From: Eledone cirrhosa
Taxonomy: Eukaryota
Direction: 5' to 3'
DNA length: 64,000 bases
Assembly (NCBI GenBank): GCA_964016885.1
Contig: OZ024743.1
Coordinates: 359,476,001 to 359,540,000, forward strand
Of this stretch, positions 51,002-64,000 are shown piece after piece. Position 1 is the stretch's first letter, and each line of letters begins with the position of its first letter. The position numbers were made by a program, and so were the translations under genes. The notes under the pieces were generated by a model, which saw only the letters and a list, made by a program, of their open reading frames with translations, searched no databases and was not told where the DNA came from.

Positions 51002-51608
51002 GTCAGGTCACCAGTTGGTGCTACTGGTAACATGTATCCCAGTACAACCTGTCCCATGGTCGGGTCATTGGCGACTAAACTGGCAACCCCACCAAGGTTT
51101 CTTGGTGAGGAGGGTGACTTTGAACATCCTGCAGGACTAAAAACAAAACCTGTCAAAGGGCAAAGGAGCTCTTAAGAGTCAATGGCCATCTAAAATCACT
51201 GGGAGAGATGACCCCTTAGCCTTTGTCAAGGCAGAATTCTAGGAGAAGGAAAACTCTGATATAACACCTGCAACCCTGATGGTATCCAATGATGTTGACT
51301 TGTTCTTCTTTTTGGTAAATATCATCTTGGTTAAGAGAGTGGGACTGGCTTTGTGCAGTGCCTTTGCTCACTATAAAAGCTTCACGGCACAGGCATTGCT
51401 TTATATCTGGAGATCTCTCTGCACTTGTCATCACATGGTACCATGGGCCCAGCACTATGTGTCAATAATTGTCACAAGTGTAGTGTTTGTACCAGAGTTT
51501 TCAAGTCGCTGGCTGGACTAAAAAGTCACACTCGTTCAGCGCATCGGTAGGGGTTCTCCTACATGGATATAAAGTAGTGCCGTACTCGAAAACGAGTTGG
51601 CAGCCACC
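51002..51608 (+). mobile_element. RTE-NA copy in (TATG)n
   Basis: Near-identical to the other copies. Confidence 0.85.
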
Positions 51609-51726
51609 ATGTATGTATGTATGTATGTATGTATGTATGTATGTATGTATGTATGTATGTATGTGTGTATATATATATATATATACGTATGTGAGTATAT
51701 ATGTGTGCATATGTATATATACATCT

Positions 51727-51860
51727 GAAGGCGCGTGACTTAGTGGTCAGTATGTTCGGCTTACGATCTTAAGGTTGTGAATTCGACTTCCAGCGGTCAA
51801 TTCTGTCCTTACGCAAAACACACTATCCGCACGCTACAGTTCAATCAGCTTCCCAAACAA
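51727..51860 (+). mobile_element. degenerate tRNA-type SINE, second family
   Basis: A box-like gtgacttagtggt, B box-like gaattcgacttcc, followed by tgtcctt..gcaa.acac. Confidence 0.55.
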
Positions 51861-51960
51861 GTTGAGCCTGTACTTATATAATTGGCATAGTGTGAAACAT
51901 TATGGACATATACACACAGACATACACACACAAACACACAAACACACAATCACACAAACA

Positions 51961-51999
<39 letters not shown>

Positions 52000-52155
52000 T
52001 TCACTGAAAACAGAAAGCCGGACTCCAAATATTCCTTTAACTTTGCAAAATCACAGCCTTTGTAAAGGCTTCCTGAACACACAAGCCGAAGCCGCTTGGT
52101 GTCGCTGTCGGGTTCATTCCCCCCTCTCTATCTCTTTCTCTCTCTATCACTCTCT

Positions 52156-52212
<57 letters not shown>

Positions 52213-52213
52213 A

Positions 52214-52397
52214 TTGTTTCTACTTTTGGCACAAGGCCAGCAATTACCCAGTAGATTACTGGTACTTTATTTTATCAACCCCGTAAGGATGAAAGGCAAA
52301 GTTAACCTCGGCGGGATTTGAACTCAGAATGGCAAGGGCCATAACTCTATACATCAAAGCATGGCGTCGGACCCTCTACCGATACTGCCAATTCACC
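52214..52397 (-). mobile_element. tRNA-type SINE (main family) in (AT)n
   Basis: Homologous to 36751-36933. Confidence 0.88.
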
Positions 52398-52651
52398 AAT
52401 ATATATATATATATAAATATTAAAACAATGAAATTAAACAAAAAACGATCGTAAAATAATGAGTTTTACTATGAATTAACCGTTTTTTGTTTAATTTCAT
52501 TGTTTTCACTATTTGTATTTTTGACTCTGTATCCAATGAATTATATCGTTGAAAATTTTGTATTTTAAACTTTGCTTCACGACATCTTCTACATACGTAT
52601 TACATTGAGTTTTCCATACGGTTTAGACCCTACCATTGATTGGTAGATTTA

Positions 52652-52730
<79 letters not shown>

Positions 52731-52776
52731 GAATAAATATGGTTTTATAAATATAGTTTCCATTTATTTAATATCA

Positions 52777-52830
<54 letters not shown>

Positions 52831-53099
52831 TGCCTCAGCATGGCCTCAGCCGGATGGATGGAACACGTAAAGGAGTAAAAGAGTAAATATATATATATAA
52901 AAGTGTGTGTGTGTGAGGCTCATGTTAATTCACAGCCTACGATAATTATTTATAGGTTGAGTCTAAATAACATATTTATACTGCATCATTCGAGTTAAAA
53001 CTTGGAAGAGAAATCAAAAACTGCCATGTTTAGTGAGATTGAAGCGACTCCCCAAAAAAATAATGAAAAGAAAGAGCGAGATTAACACAATGAAAGAAA

Positions 53100-53150
53100 A
53101 GTGTGTGTGTGTATGTGTGTGTGTAAGAGAGAGAGAAAGAGAGAAAAAAG

Positions 53151-53235
<85 letters not shown>

Positions 53236-53270
53236 AAAGAGAGAGGGGAGCAGAAGGAGGAGGAAGAAGC
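53100..53270. repeat. (GT)n/(GA)n microsatellite
   Basis: Directly visible. Confidence 0.95.
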
Positions 53271-53650
53271 ATAACTGTTTAAACGGAACGAGTTGACCAA
53301 TTACAAGCCTCAGCAACATCGCTATTTTTTATATTAGTTATTTATTTGTAGAAGGGGAAAAGTTATGTATTTACCAAGATCTGAAACATTTTTACTGTTA
53401 CTGTACTTATCGTCTCACTGTATGCTTTGTATTTTGTTCGAAAATTATATTTAAAATTTTATATGTCTTCACATCATTAGTAATATGATTGTTCTTTTCC
53501 CCCACCAGGCACAAATAGTGGAAACATTCATGAAATATTCAACCAATCATCTATTTATATTAATTGAAAATTCCCATGCAAACACACACATACACACATA
53601 TACTAACACACACACATACATATGCACGCACACACACACAAACACACGCG

Positions 53651-53698
<48 letters not shown>

Positions 53699-54790
53699 TT
53701 TTTGTCACTCAGTTTATCTCTTTGTTTGTCTCTCTCTCTTTTTGTGCGAGTGTGTGTGGCGAAAATATCTACAGGAAGAAATATCGTTTTATATATAAAC
53801 AGAGCTAATCTGTTTATGATTCGTACACAGTTTTTATTGTCTAACACTCTTAAAGAAGTGCATTCTATGTTTGCTTGTGACAATGTCAGGTGAATGTGTT
53901 ACAAAATGGACGAACAAGCTGGGTAAAATGCGTCGTGGGAAAGAGTGAGGTGATGTGAGGAACATACGAAAGGTTTTAAGTGGAATAGGGACATCTTTTG
54001 AAAAATAGCTGGAAAATTAAGTCAATATATAAAACCTGGAGCTACGTCAAACGTGGTGAGAAGGAAAACATTACGAAATGAGAAAGCTGGCATGAGGTTA
54101 TATTGGTGGTATGTTCGTGGCTAGAGAGATAATGTATGTCAAACTAGTTTTGAGTATGTAGAGGTAGATGCATAATCAGCTGAGAGAGGGATAGGTGAGA
54201 ATATTGTAATAACAAACTGTGAGGGATTGTGAGGTAGTAGGACATTTTAAATGGAAATTGTGTATCTTTATCTCTGTAGGTTGTAGATTTGGGGACTGGA
54301 TTTCCCATGAAGAAACAAAGTGCATTTTTAAAATGCAAACATCTGAAAATCTCACTTTTCGAGTTGTAATATTCTATATATTTTAAACCCTGGAATATTC
54401 AGTTTTTCTCGTTCGTAAAAATATATAATAAAGACAATTGAGGATTCATTCTACTGTTACTGCAAATTCCCTGCCATGTGCAGTATTTCAGACAAACTTC
54501 AGCTGAGTGTATGCTGCTGGTGAAACATGGGTTGAGTCAATTTCCAAAGTTCGCGAGGTGTTTGGAAGAAAGTTCATAAAATAGTTGATCAAGTGTGCTG
54601 CGTGAAGGTGAGATCTTGGATTTTCTGATCAACGAATTTGGTGTATGATTCAGACTCTGTAATGTTTCAGATAAAGGTATTCGGGAATTCTTAGATCCAT
54701 TTGTGTATAGGGAACTCCACCCATTTTGTTGCGGGGGAACGTTCAATTTCGGGATTCCTTAATTTATAAACGACCTATATCAAATAAATA

Positions 54791-54930
54791 GGCGGCGAAT
54801 TGGCAGTCGTTAGAATGTCGGATAGAGTGATTTATGGTATTCGTTCCGGCGCTCTGCTCTCTGAGTTCAAATCCCGCCAAGATCAACTGTGCCTTTCGGG
54901 GTCGATAAAAGTACCAGTCTATTACTGGGG
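54791..54930 (+). mobile_element. related degenerate SINE
   Basis: ggcggcgaattggcag…ctgagttcaaatcccgcc…gtcgataaaagtaccag. Confidence 0.7.
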
Positions 54931-55812
54931 TGGATTCTTCCTCTATATCTCTTTCTCATTTCCTCTCTCTCACTTTCTATCTTTCTCTGGAAGAAATCTG
55001 CTGACTCAGACCTGGAGAAGGGTGGGCCAAGAAACGCCGTTTGTCAATATGGTGCCCCTACTCCTCTATCAAGAGTTACGGGACCATGCATACATATCAA
55101 ATAGGCAGTATTTTTCCGTCACTTAACCAGAAGTCGTGTATGTGTTGGTGTTACTAGTTGTTAACTGTAATCAAGCTGTTCTGTTCAATTTATTGTGATA
55201 GACTATATTGGTGATATCCCTGTGCCTTATATCACTTCCTTAGAGGGCCAGGACTATCTACGTGGTGAGAGCTCTTCGGCTACAAGCTGAATGATAGTTT
55301 GATGGTTACATAATCTAGGAAGCGATGATATTCGAACAAGAGTAGTTCACATTCAGATTATTGGTTTTAAAGAGGTTATGACATTTGTAGTTGGGAAAGG
55401 AGATCACAATACACACAATGTTACTGGCTTTTTGTCACGTTCGTGGATTGAACAAATTTATTTTTTCTTCTTTTTTTCTATATTCAGTAGTGGTTCTTAT
55501 TTCTATGTTAGTTGCTCAACAAAACCAAATCTTATACGTGCCTCGCAGTAATAGAGGTCGGCATACTTCAAATCGATTCTGTCAGAAAATACTTTGGAAA
55601 TTCTGTAATATCTTCTTATAGGTTTGGTCTGTAGGAAGGGATTGGCAGATGTTTTACAGGCTCTTCGACATCGGTGAGATCAGTGTAAAATTGTGATTCG
55701 AGTAGTTAAAAGTTGACGTCTGGGGGGAAAACATTAACTTACCAGTGATTTATTTATGTATATATCCACATTTATATATCATCTATCTATGTATTATTAA
55801 TATTTAATGTAA

Positions 55813-55992
55813 GGATTGGCAGTATCGATAGAGAGTCGGACACAATATTTTGAAGCATAGAGTTACGTCCCTTTACGATCTGAGTTCAAAACCCGCCGGG
55901 GTTAACTTTGCCTTTCATCGTTACGGGGTCGATCAAATAAAGTACCACTAATGTACTGGGTAATTGCTGGCCTTGTGCCAAATCTAGAAACA
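55813..55992 (+). mobile_element. tRNA-type SINE, 17-bp TSD attaatatttaatgtaa
   Basis: TSD at 55796-55812 and 55993-56009. Confidence 0.9.
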
Positions 55993-56175
55993 ATTAATAT
56001 TTAATGTAATGTTAAGACTAAAGCCATTATATGCCTTCATAATATAAAGTTAAGATGATACATGTGCGTTATAGCTATCGGGTTATGCTACTGATTGTGA
56101 TGCACCGTATATGAACTCATAAATGCAAATTCCTATAAATTCTAACATCAACGCCTAAGGAAAAGCATATAATTG

Positions 56176-56206
<31 letters not shown>

Positions 56207-57714
56207 TAACACACACACATATATATATACTCAAATACGCATACAATGAAACACGTGCTCCCCAATACTAAACAGAAATGAAATAGTAACTTCGTGTCAG
56301 GTGGCTAAAATGTTACGAAACAAAAATGGACACACATAGAAATGGAGTGACAAGTGTAGTGATATGAATGAGTGTATAATTATGCACGCTGATAAACCCA
56401 TCATTGATATACATAATAAACGTAACAGCACTCTCTCCTTTCCTATAGCTAAGGTTGATTACTTTAAGCCAAGACAACTGAGGTTAATATACTTCATTGA
56501 TGGGATCTAAAAAGAATTGAAACCTGTCTTTTTCTTTCATCTATTTGCTATCAGGAAACAACTACGCGTTACTGCATTATTCTTATTTTCTGAAATTTGG
56601 ATTAATTCTTATTGTTGGAAGTATCTCCCCTTTTGATTTAGATTTTTTACACTTTTAAAACGAGTGTGAGCCTGTAAATTGGAAGGATGATCTCAGTTTT
56701 ACTGAATTCTTTTTCAGCACACTATGTAATTATATGAGACTCTATCAGCCTCCTTCTCTCTCCCCACACATATATATATATATATGAACTAGCTGAGCTA
56801 CCCGCTGATACTCGGGTATTTTATGCAAGTTACAATCCATTTGGCACACATTACAAAATATTTGACCATTCAAATATGATTGCTGAGTTTAACCAAAGTA
56901 GGAATTATAGCAGAATATTTATTGCCGTTTGGTCTAAGTAAATCATCTAGATAAAAATATTATTTTTTTCCAGTGGTGATTTTTTGAATACTCTTCCCTA
57001 TTATAGTCAGCATATATAATGCTTTACTCATAGATAAATTATGAAGTATGTTGTCAGTGAACAGGGCATGACCAAAAACATACATTTAGATTTTTTTTAT
57101 TTATCCTTTTCTTTCTTTTTTTTTTTTGCTCAATCTGAACCTCTGAAATTCAAACATGTAAAGACTATTTTAAAAACCATAAATAAAATAAGAAAATAAA
57201 TTTAGCCTTGGTTTATGATTGAATGAAGCATTTACTTACTCATTTCTCTAATTCGGGGAAAGCGTATTTAAATTTGTACACTGTAGCTTTCACCAATCTT
57301 TGCCTCTATGGCAGTAGGATCTTGTTTGAGGGAGATTTGTTTTCTATTTCTATTAGCTATACCAACAGTTATAGTGGCTCACATGACATACATAGATACA
57401 TACACACATGAAATGGATTTTGCTAATATTTCTAGTAGATCGAGTTATCACATAGAACCATTCCTTTTTGCTTCATACATATATACATACCTGAGAAAGT
57501 GAGGTGGGATTTGAAGGAAAATTGGCTGCTATTTCTACCCAACAAAGTCCTCACTTATACTACATTATATAGCAGAAGTACCCGGGAATGTCTGCATATT
57601 CTTCCAAAGTAACACCATGCAGTAAATTTGCGGCTTCAGAATTCCTTGCAAACTACATGACTAAGGAATTAGGATCTGTGTGTATTGTCATTGAATGAGG
57701 AATTACGACATTGC

Positions 57715-60700
57715 TCATTCCAAAGGCTCTGGATAAACAACATTCTTGGTTTTTCCCTGTGGTGCCACAATGAAGAGACAATCAGTGTTCCCAACCCTTG
57801 TTGTGCCAACATAGAGTTGACCATGTGAAAAGACAGGATCTGCTAGATTCAACCCAATGACTTTCAATGATTCCCCTTGAGATTTATTAATGGTCATGGC
57901 AAAACTGAGCCTGATCGGAAATTGAAGTCTTTGAAATTTAAATGGCTTCAGAAGTATTCTGGGAATGAAACAATTGTCACCAGCAAATTCTCTTGTCATG
58001 ATTGCAACTTCTAGAACATTGGACATCATATTTTTGATGATGAGTATTGTGCCATTACAAAGTTTTGAAGAATCCAGACTACGAAGTAGCATAACCGATG
58101 CTCCAAGCTTCAGTATCAGGTTGTGTGGAGGAATTCCCGCTTGTTCAAGACTGTTCAAAAATTCAGTTGGATAGTTTACAACGTGGTCTTGAGAAGTGAT
58201 TGTGTCAACTGATTTGTAGCATATTTTCTGTCCCGGTAACATCTCCAGCAGCCTTCTGTTGATTTCTTTCACAGCCACATTTTTAGGTGCTAAGATTGCT
58301 CGTTCACAGAGCCATTTCAAATCACATTGCGTGGTCTGAATGTTTGGAAACACTCTGGCAATCAGTTCTTGTTGTGTCAATGATATGGTCAAATGACAAC
58401 TGAATATGGTCATTGGAGTCCTTTTGCAGAAGTCAATTTCCCAATTTAAGTAGTTGGATGGCAAACTCACTGACACCTTCGTCACAAGTTAAGTGTACTC
58501 GCATCTTGGTTGTAAGGTTCAGCAGCTGAATGTGGGGACAGAGATGGGATGTTTTCAAACAGGCATTGGCCTGATCAGCTCGAGTCCCTCGAAGAATTAC
58601 AGGCAGAGTTTGTCTGAAATCACCAGCAAGAACCATTGTCACTCCTCCCATTATGCAACTATTTTCTCTCAGATCTTTAATGGTCCGGTCCAAAGCTTCA
58701 ATTGCTCCTTTATGGCTCATAGTCATCTTGCATGTTTGCAGAAGCTTGCCCTTGGGTGAGTTCTTCTTGATGTTGCAAAAAGATTGTTCATGCTGTGTGA
58801 GATCTATGTGCAGCTTAAACATGGAGTATGCTGTTCTTCCTCCACCCAGAAGTGTTGCTGCAATGCCACTTGAAGCCACAGCAAGGGCAATATGTTGCTT
58901 TTGGCGAACATTTGCAAGCAGGAGGTATATTAGGAATGTTTTGCCTGTGCCAGCAGGAGCATCAATGAAGAAAAGTCCTCCACTGTCATTTTGAATGTTT
59001 TAGATGATGTTGTGGTAGACATATTTCTGGTCATCCATCAATCGAGGTTCATTTTCATCCACAAACTTACGCAATGCTTGAATATCGTAGTTTGTCTCCT
59101 GAAAAATGTCTTGTGCTACCTCCATTTCTTCATCTGGCTCTGGCATCTCGCAGTTAGCTAATGTGCTATTCATTGCCTGAACTGGATGGGACAGGTCACA
59201 GAGAGCTTGATTGTAAATCATGGGGGTATATTCCATATACATATTGCCATGATATCTTCGGGCTAGGTGTAGATAGTCGTCCGACATATTGTTTTTGTAC
59301 TCCTGCCAGAGTAGATGAGCTTCATCAATTCCACATGCTGTGAGCATAATAGCAAATGATTGTCTTGTTTGACTGGCTACTTGAGTGATTGCTGCTTCTT
59401 CTAGGCACTTGTTCCAGTGTCCATTGTCATGCAGGAGTCCATGCTGTTTACATGCTTCTTGGTATGTTGTGCACTCCCTTCCTCTGAAGCACCTAAGATC
59501 TTCAATTGACGTTGGTCCTCGAACAGTATGCAGAAGTAGCCGTAAATAAAAACATTCTCTGTTGTTGGGATGGACATTGTAAACACGCCCAATAGCATCA
59601 CTTGACTTGACTTCATGACCTTCCACTAAATTACCCTGCTTTCTTCGATTCCAGGTCTTGCAATTGGTCCAGGTGTAGTATGTCGGGACTTCAGCATATA
59701 GGAGGGATCGAGCAAATTCATCATTCTGGCAGAGTTTGAAGAAAGCAGTTAATGTAGTGTCATGTGATGCTTGTGCCAACTGATGAGCAGTGATCTCAGT
59801 GAAGTAGACTTTTTGTCCATTTTCCAGATGGACTACGAGGTTTACCACTGTTGGCTGGCGTTGGTGGATATCAAATCCAAAGATCTGCCAGATATTTCTG
59901 ACCAGTTTGAATTGCATGTAAATGTAATGAAGAGATCTGGCCGACCAAATTTTCTGACATAGGCCATTACATCTTGCGTACGTTCATGCATGTAACGTAG
60001 TTTTCCCGTTAATCTTGATGGTTGTATGACTGGCTGGCCAATATTTCTTGGGTCAACATCAGAATTGATGGCATCTCTAAGGTGGATGTAGTTATCTGCC
60101 CCCAAGTTAGTTTGATTCCTTCGCAGAAAACCCAATCTTTCTGTTTCAATTTTGGCATACATGTCCGCCATGAACGGGCTGGTTACTTCTTTGAATCGCA
60201 GAACTTGGTTGAAGTGATCACGTACCATGAACTGATAAGCATAGAATTCTTTGCAGCTGATTGATCGGCCAGTTTCTTGTCCCGTTCCTGGACTGATATG
60301 CCGTAGCTGAAAATGATATCCATCTTGACCATTCCAAAAGATGAGCGGATATTGTAGTGAATCATAGGCTCTATGAGTTTCACAAATTCGCTCCAAATGT
60401 CCACTTCGTTTTTGCAAAACAATGTCACGTCGTTCATGCTGTTCATCAACCATTATGATTGCAACTTCATCAGTGACAGGTGCATTGAATCTGCGTTCAT
60501 GTTCTGAAGCTGGGCGTTTGTCTGCCCTAATGATGATTTTACGAACTCTGGTGTTGTTCATATGCTCCAGTGCATATTTAAATACACTGACGTACATGTG
60601 ATACTGGTGAAGCATTTCTTGTAACTGTATGACTATGAAGAACTGCAATCCACCATGGACATTGGTACATCTTCGTTGTGCCTGTGTTTCATTTCCACCC

Positions 60701-61405
60701 ATGAAGTAAACCTGCACAAATTTGTGAGGCTCCTGTGAAAGTGGCAGAAGGCCACCCATTAAGTGGTAACACTGTCTCTGAATTTCATAAGTTGTACAGA
60801 ATCTAAAGTCAGTCATATTCCTGTCAGCCCCAAAAGATGTCATTTGAAAGGCAGAATTATATTTTATGATGTATTTATTGAAGTGTCATGCTTTTGGTGT
60901 ATGCTGAAGGAGCAGATTCTTCAGAAATTCAGGAGGTTCTTGTATTGTTTTAAGGCTCACTTTGCCTTTTGAGCAGCATAGACTTGGTGTTTCTGCTGCC
61001 CACTTCTTGGCATCACTATACTGGCGGCATTTGTTCATTTTTCCAATGTTGATTTGTGGATTACTGCTGTGGGGGGGGGGGGGGGGGGGGGGCGGGCATA
61101 AGAAAAAGCACCCATCAGTCGGTTCATTTTACTTGTGGCTTGTTCTCCTGCTCGGGAAGTAAAACGATGTGCTTGATTAGCATTTCGTCTGATTTGCTGC
61201 TGTTCCTTAATTTGTTGTTCTCGTGTAGCAGCAGTCCTTTGTTCCCTTTCATCCAAACGGCGCGGTCGTGCTAAAGCTGTTTGGGCTCTGTTAGCAGCTG
61301 GACGGGCATGCCGAACTTCTTCACTTTCTTCAGATCGCTGTGTATTATTTCTCTTAGCCTCTGAAGATACCTTCCATATAATGATGTCGAACGTTTTCTA
61401 GGCAT
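57715..61405 (-). pseudogene. Helitron Rep/PIF1-helicase, multiply disrupted
   Basis: MPRKRS start; RRFNAP, YDSLQYPL, PDLFITFTCN; Walker A DAPAGTGKT, GDFRQTLPV, QFPIRLSFAMTINKSQG, FSHGQLYV. Confidence 0.93.
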
Positions 61406-61432
61406 TTGAAGTGATATGACTACACACCACGC

Positions 61433-61495
61433 GATAAAATAAAGTACCAGTAATGCACTGGGATAATTGCTGGCCTTGTGCCAAAAGTAGAAACA
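61433..61495 (+). mobile_element. SINE 3' fragment inside the Helitron 5' region
   Basis: gataaaataaagtaccag…gtagaaacaattatt. Confidence 0.85.
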
Positions 61496-62941
61496 ATTAT
61501 TACACACAACACTCTTTCCGAAATAGAAACAACTATAGAATGTATTGTTCACTCAGTAAAGTTGTTTTAAATTGTCTCTTTATATGAATGTATATTAGAT
61601 GTAATTAATTTTAGACATATGTAGAAAATATTGGGATTTCAGATTGTATCCAAAAAAAAACGACAAACACTACAAAAAAATATTTTCAGTGTTAATTCAA
61701 ATAACAGCGGAAAATAATATATTCAAATAATATCTTTTAAAAATACCGTTTTTTTTTTATTCTCTGTTAAAAACATACATATATACAACTTCTATAAAAG
61801 CATCTGTGATTTCTTTAGACTTATGTAGAAAATAAGCTTTGATGGTAACTAATATCGTCTGCTAACACACACATATGTGTGTGTAAATATATATATAAAT
61901 GTGGACACACGTAAAGAATCCCTCCAATCACCCTCCCTCTTTCCTGCCTCTTTACTTTTTTTCACTCTCCCATCTTTTCTCTTTTCTTATTATCTTTCTC
62001 TCCCGAGTCGCCTCACTCCCTTTTTCTTTCTCATCTCCACTCTTTCTTTCTCTCTCTCATCCTCTACAGAATAGCGAACAAAAAATAAATAAAAGATAAA
62101 TAACATTGGGAGAGTTAAGAAGTGTTTAAAAATAATAAATAAATAAAAGTTAATGAACGCTAGCTGCTTTCCCTCTCTCTCTCCCATCCCATTACTCTCT
62201 CTCTCTCTTTTTCTCTCCCACATCCTCCCTCTCTCTACGGAATAGAGAACAAAACATAAAGAAAAGATAAATAACGTTAAGGAAGTGAGAGAGTTACAAA
62301 GTGTGTAAAAATAATAAATAAATAAAAGTTAAGAACGCTGGTTACTTTCCTCCTCTCTCTTTCATCGTCTTTCTCTCTCATCCCCTTACTCTTTTTCTTT
62401 CTCTCTCACGTCCCCTTACTCTGTCTCTCCCATCTCCCACTCTCTTTCTCATCCTTTATTCTCTTTCTTTCTTTCTCACATCCCCTTACTCTCTCTCCCC
62501 AATCCACCCACTCTCTCTCTCTTTCTCTCTCACCCCTTACTCTCTCTCCCATCTCCCAATCTCTCTCTTTCTATCTCATCCCTTACTCTCTCTCTCTTTC
62601 TCTCTCCCATCCCCCACTCTCTTATCTATAGACTGGAGAACATAAAAAAACAAAATGGATGATCTCTTTTGATATTCATTAGAAAATAAGATAAATTGAA
62701 TTTAAATGAATTCCTTGCTTTGCAAAGTAAAACCTTTTCGACCGTTACCTGTCCGAGTGTATAGTGAATATGTACATGTAATCTTGAGGAGTTTGGTCCG
62801 GTAGTTTTCTAGTTTTAGGCGGACACACAGAATCGTAAACTTGCATTTATATACAGTATATACAGATAGATATCCATCACTACGTTTGGGTATACAAATA
62901 CGAGGAAAAGTTCTAAATGCCAAATTAGAAAATATTGTATA

Positions 62942-62975
62942 CTAGCAGCTGAGCTCGCTTGCACCCGGGGCCACT
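62942..62975 (-). mobile_element. 3' terminus of a second Helitron-like element extending rightwards
   Basis: Minus strand: GC-rich imperfect hairpin then CTAG|T, similar layout to 56789. Confidence 0.5.
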
Positions 62976-63236
62976 TTTTATTAAGTTAATAATTTGAAAA
63001 ATATTATTGAAAGTTTATTATAAATAAGCAGTTTCAGGAAAAAAAAATAGAAATATGCATTTGGGGCTGGAGGGCGTACAATGAGAAGTGGAGCGACGTG
63101 AAAAGCGTTGTTTATTAACAGCGAAATAGCAATGTCGAAGATATGAAATTTGAAAAATACTACTTACTGTTAGTGGTGGTTAACATGTATTAGAATTAAA
63201 ATAAAAACACGCGTCCCTTCTTCGCAATTTAAGGGT

Positions 63237-63755
63237 TTGGCGATACTTGGTTTTAGTGTCCTAAATTATCATCATCGACATTCAATTATTAGCTCCACCC
63301 ACTACACGATACGTCACGGCACGTCATCAGTTGCTGCTGCGGCTTGGCTTTTACATGTTCATTTTCTTACATGCTTCATTTTTACACGAAAAAACATTGA
63401 ATTTTTAGAAAAAATATTTATTAAAATATTAACAGAGAAAATTAGATTTTTGATTTATTTTTTGAACAAAATAAATATTTATTTATAGTTTTTCACAGAA
63501 AAACTATGCTTCATTTTTACATGAATATTTATTTACAGTTTTTAACAGAAAAAAAATTTGCTGCGAAATACATTTTTTTTTAACAGATTTAGTTTTTAAC
63601 AACAGAAAAAAATTTCTTTAAACATTATATTGTTGCGATATACAGTTTAAAATTCTTTCGAAACATTTACTTTCCTGACGTATCGTGTAGTGGGTGGAGC
63701 TAATAATTGAATGTCGATGATGATAATTTAGGAGACTAAAACCAAGTATCGCCAA
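63237..63755. mobile_element. MITE-like element with 80-bp terminal inverted repeats
   Basis: 63237-63316 and 63676-63755 are reverse complements with one mismatch; AT-rich non-coding interior. Confidence 0.85.
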
Positions 63756-64000
63756 GGGTTTTATTTCTTTTGATGGAAAACAGTGACCGTACTGCAGAAT
63801 CGATTTCATATAACGGTACTGTATGATCGTTAAATGTAGAAGGATGATGAAATTGTATATAAGACAAAGGTATTAGAACAGGGGGAAATAACTCACCGAA
63901 CGCGATAGTTTTGGGGCCACAGGGACGATATTTTTCAAGTTAGAGATTTGAAACCTCGTATATTTGCTTCCTTGTCACCTTTTACATAGGTGTGTAAATT

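Larger units (their letters stand above)
56789..62870 (-). mobile_element. decayed Helitron (3' end firm; 5' end at 62870 or alternatively 61599)
   Basis: Minus-strand 3' end: hairpin tacccg/cgggta then CTAG|T at 56789; candidate 5' end A|TCTATCTGTATATAC at 62870; internal TC-rich tandem repeats at 61930-62620. Confidence 0.7.

Noticed and set aside
53900-54780. Faint RTE-like and Penelope-like remnants
   Set aside because: Too degenerate to call without a search
61071-61092. Poly-G run, potential G-quadruplex
   Set aside because: Homopolymer expansion within a dead Helitron ORF; length unreliable

Overview
AT-rich, microsatellite-dense eukaryotic (animal) DNA. The SINE and simple-repeat content looks octopus/cephalopod-like, but this is inference. 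I can support no host protein-coding gene; the window is almost entirely mobile elements. (1) About 7.6-36 kb: an (ATT)n/(TAA)n-associated stack in which R4/Dong-like RLE non-LTR retrotransposons all lie on the minus strand and Tx1-clade APE-RT LINEs mostly lie on the plus strand (two near-intact 5.9-kb copies, one diverged copy, fragments). (2) About 0-1.4 kb and 40.8-51.6 kb: a parallel (TATG)n/(CATA)n stack of other R4/Dong-like RLE families opposed to RTE-type elements (four ~610-bp non-autonomous copies and an RTE 3' fragment with three C2H2 fingers). (3) Penelope-like remnants with minimal hammerhead ribozymes, including a perfect 343-bp palindrome carrying a hammerhead on each strand. 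(4) tRNA-type SINEs whose 3' end and TSDs resemble those of the Tx1 elements. (5) A CRE-clade fragment, a decayed Helitron and an 80-bp-TIR MITE. Family labels (Dong-A/B/C, RLE-D/E, Tx1-A/B, RTE-NA) are my own working names. Boundaries and divergence counts were read by hand.
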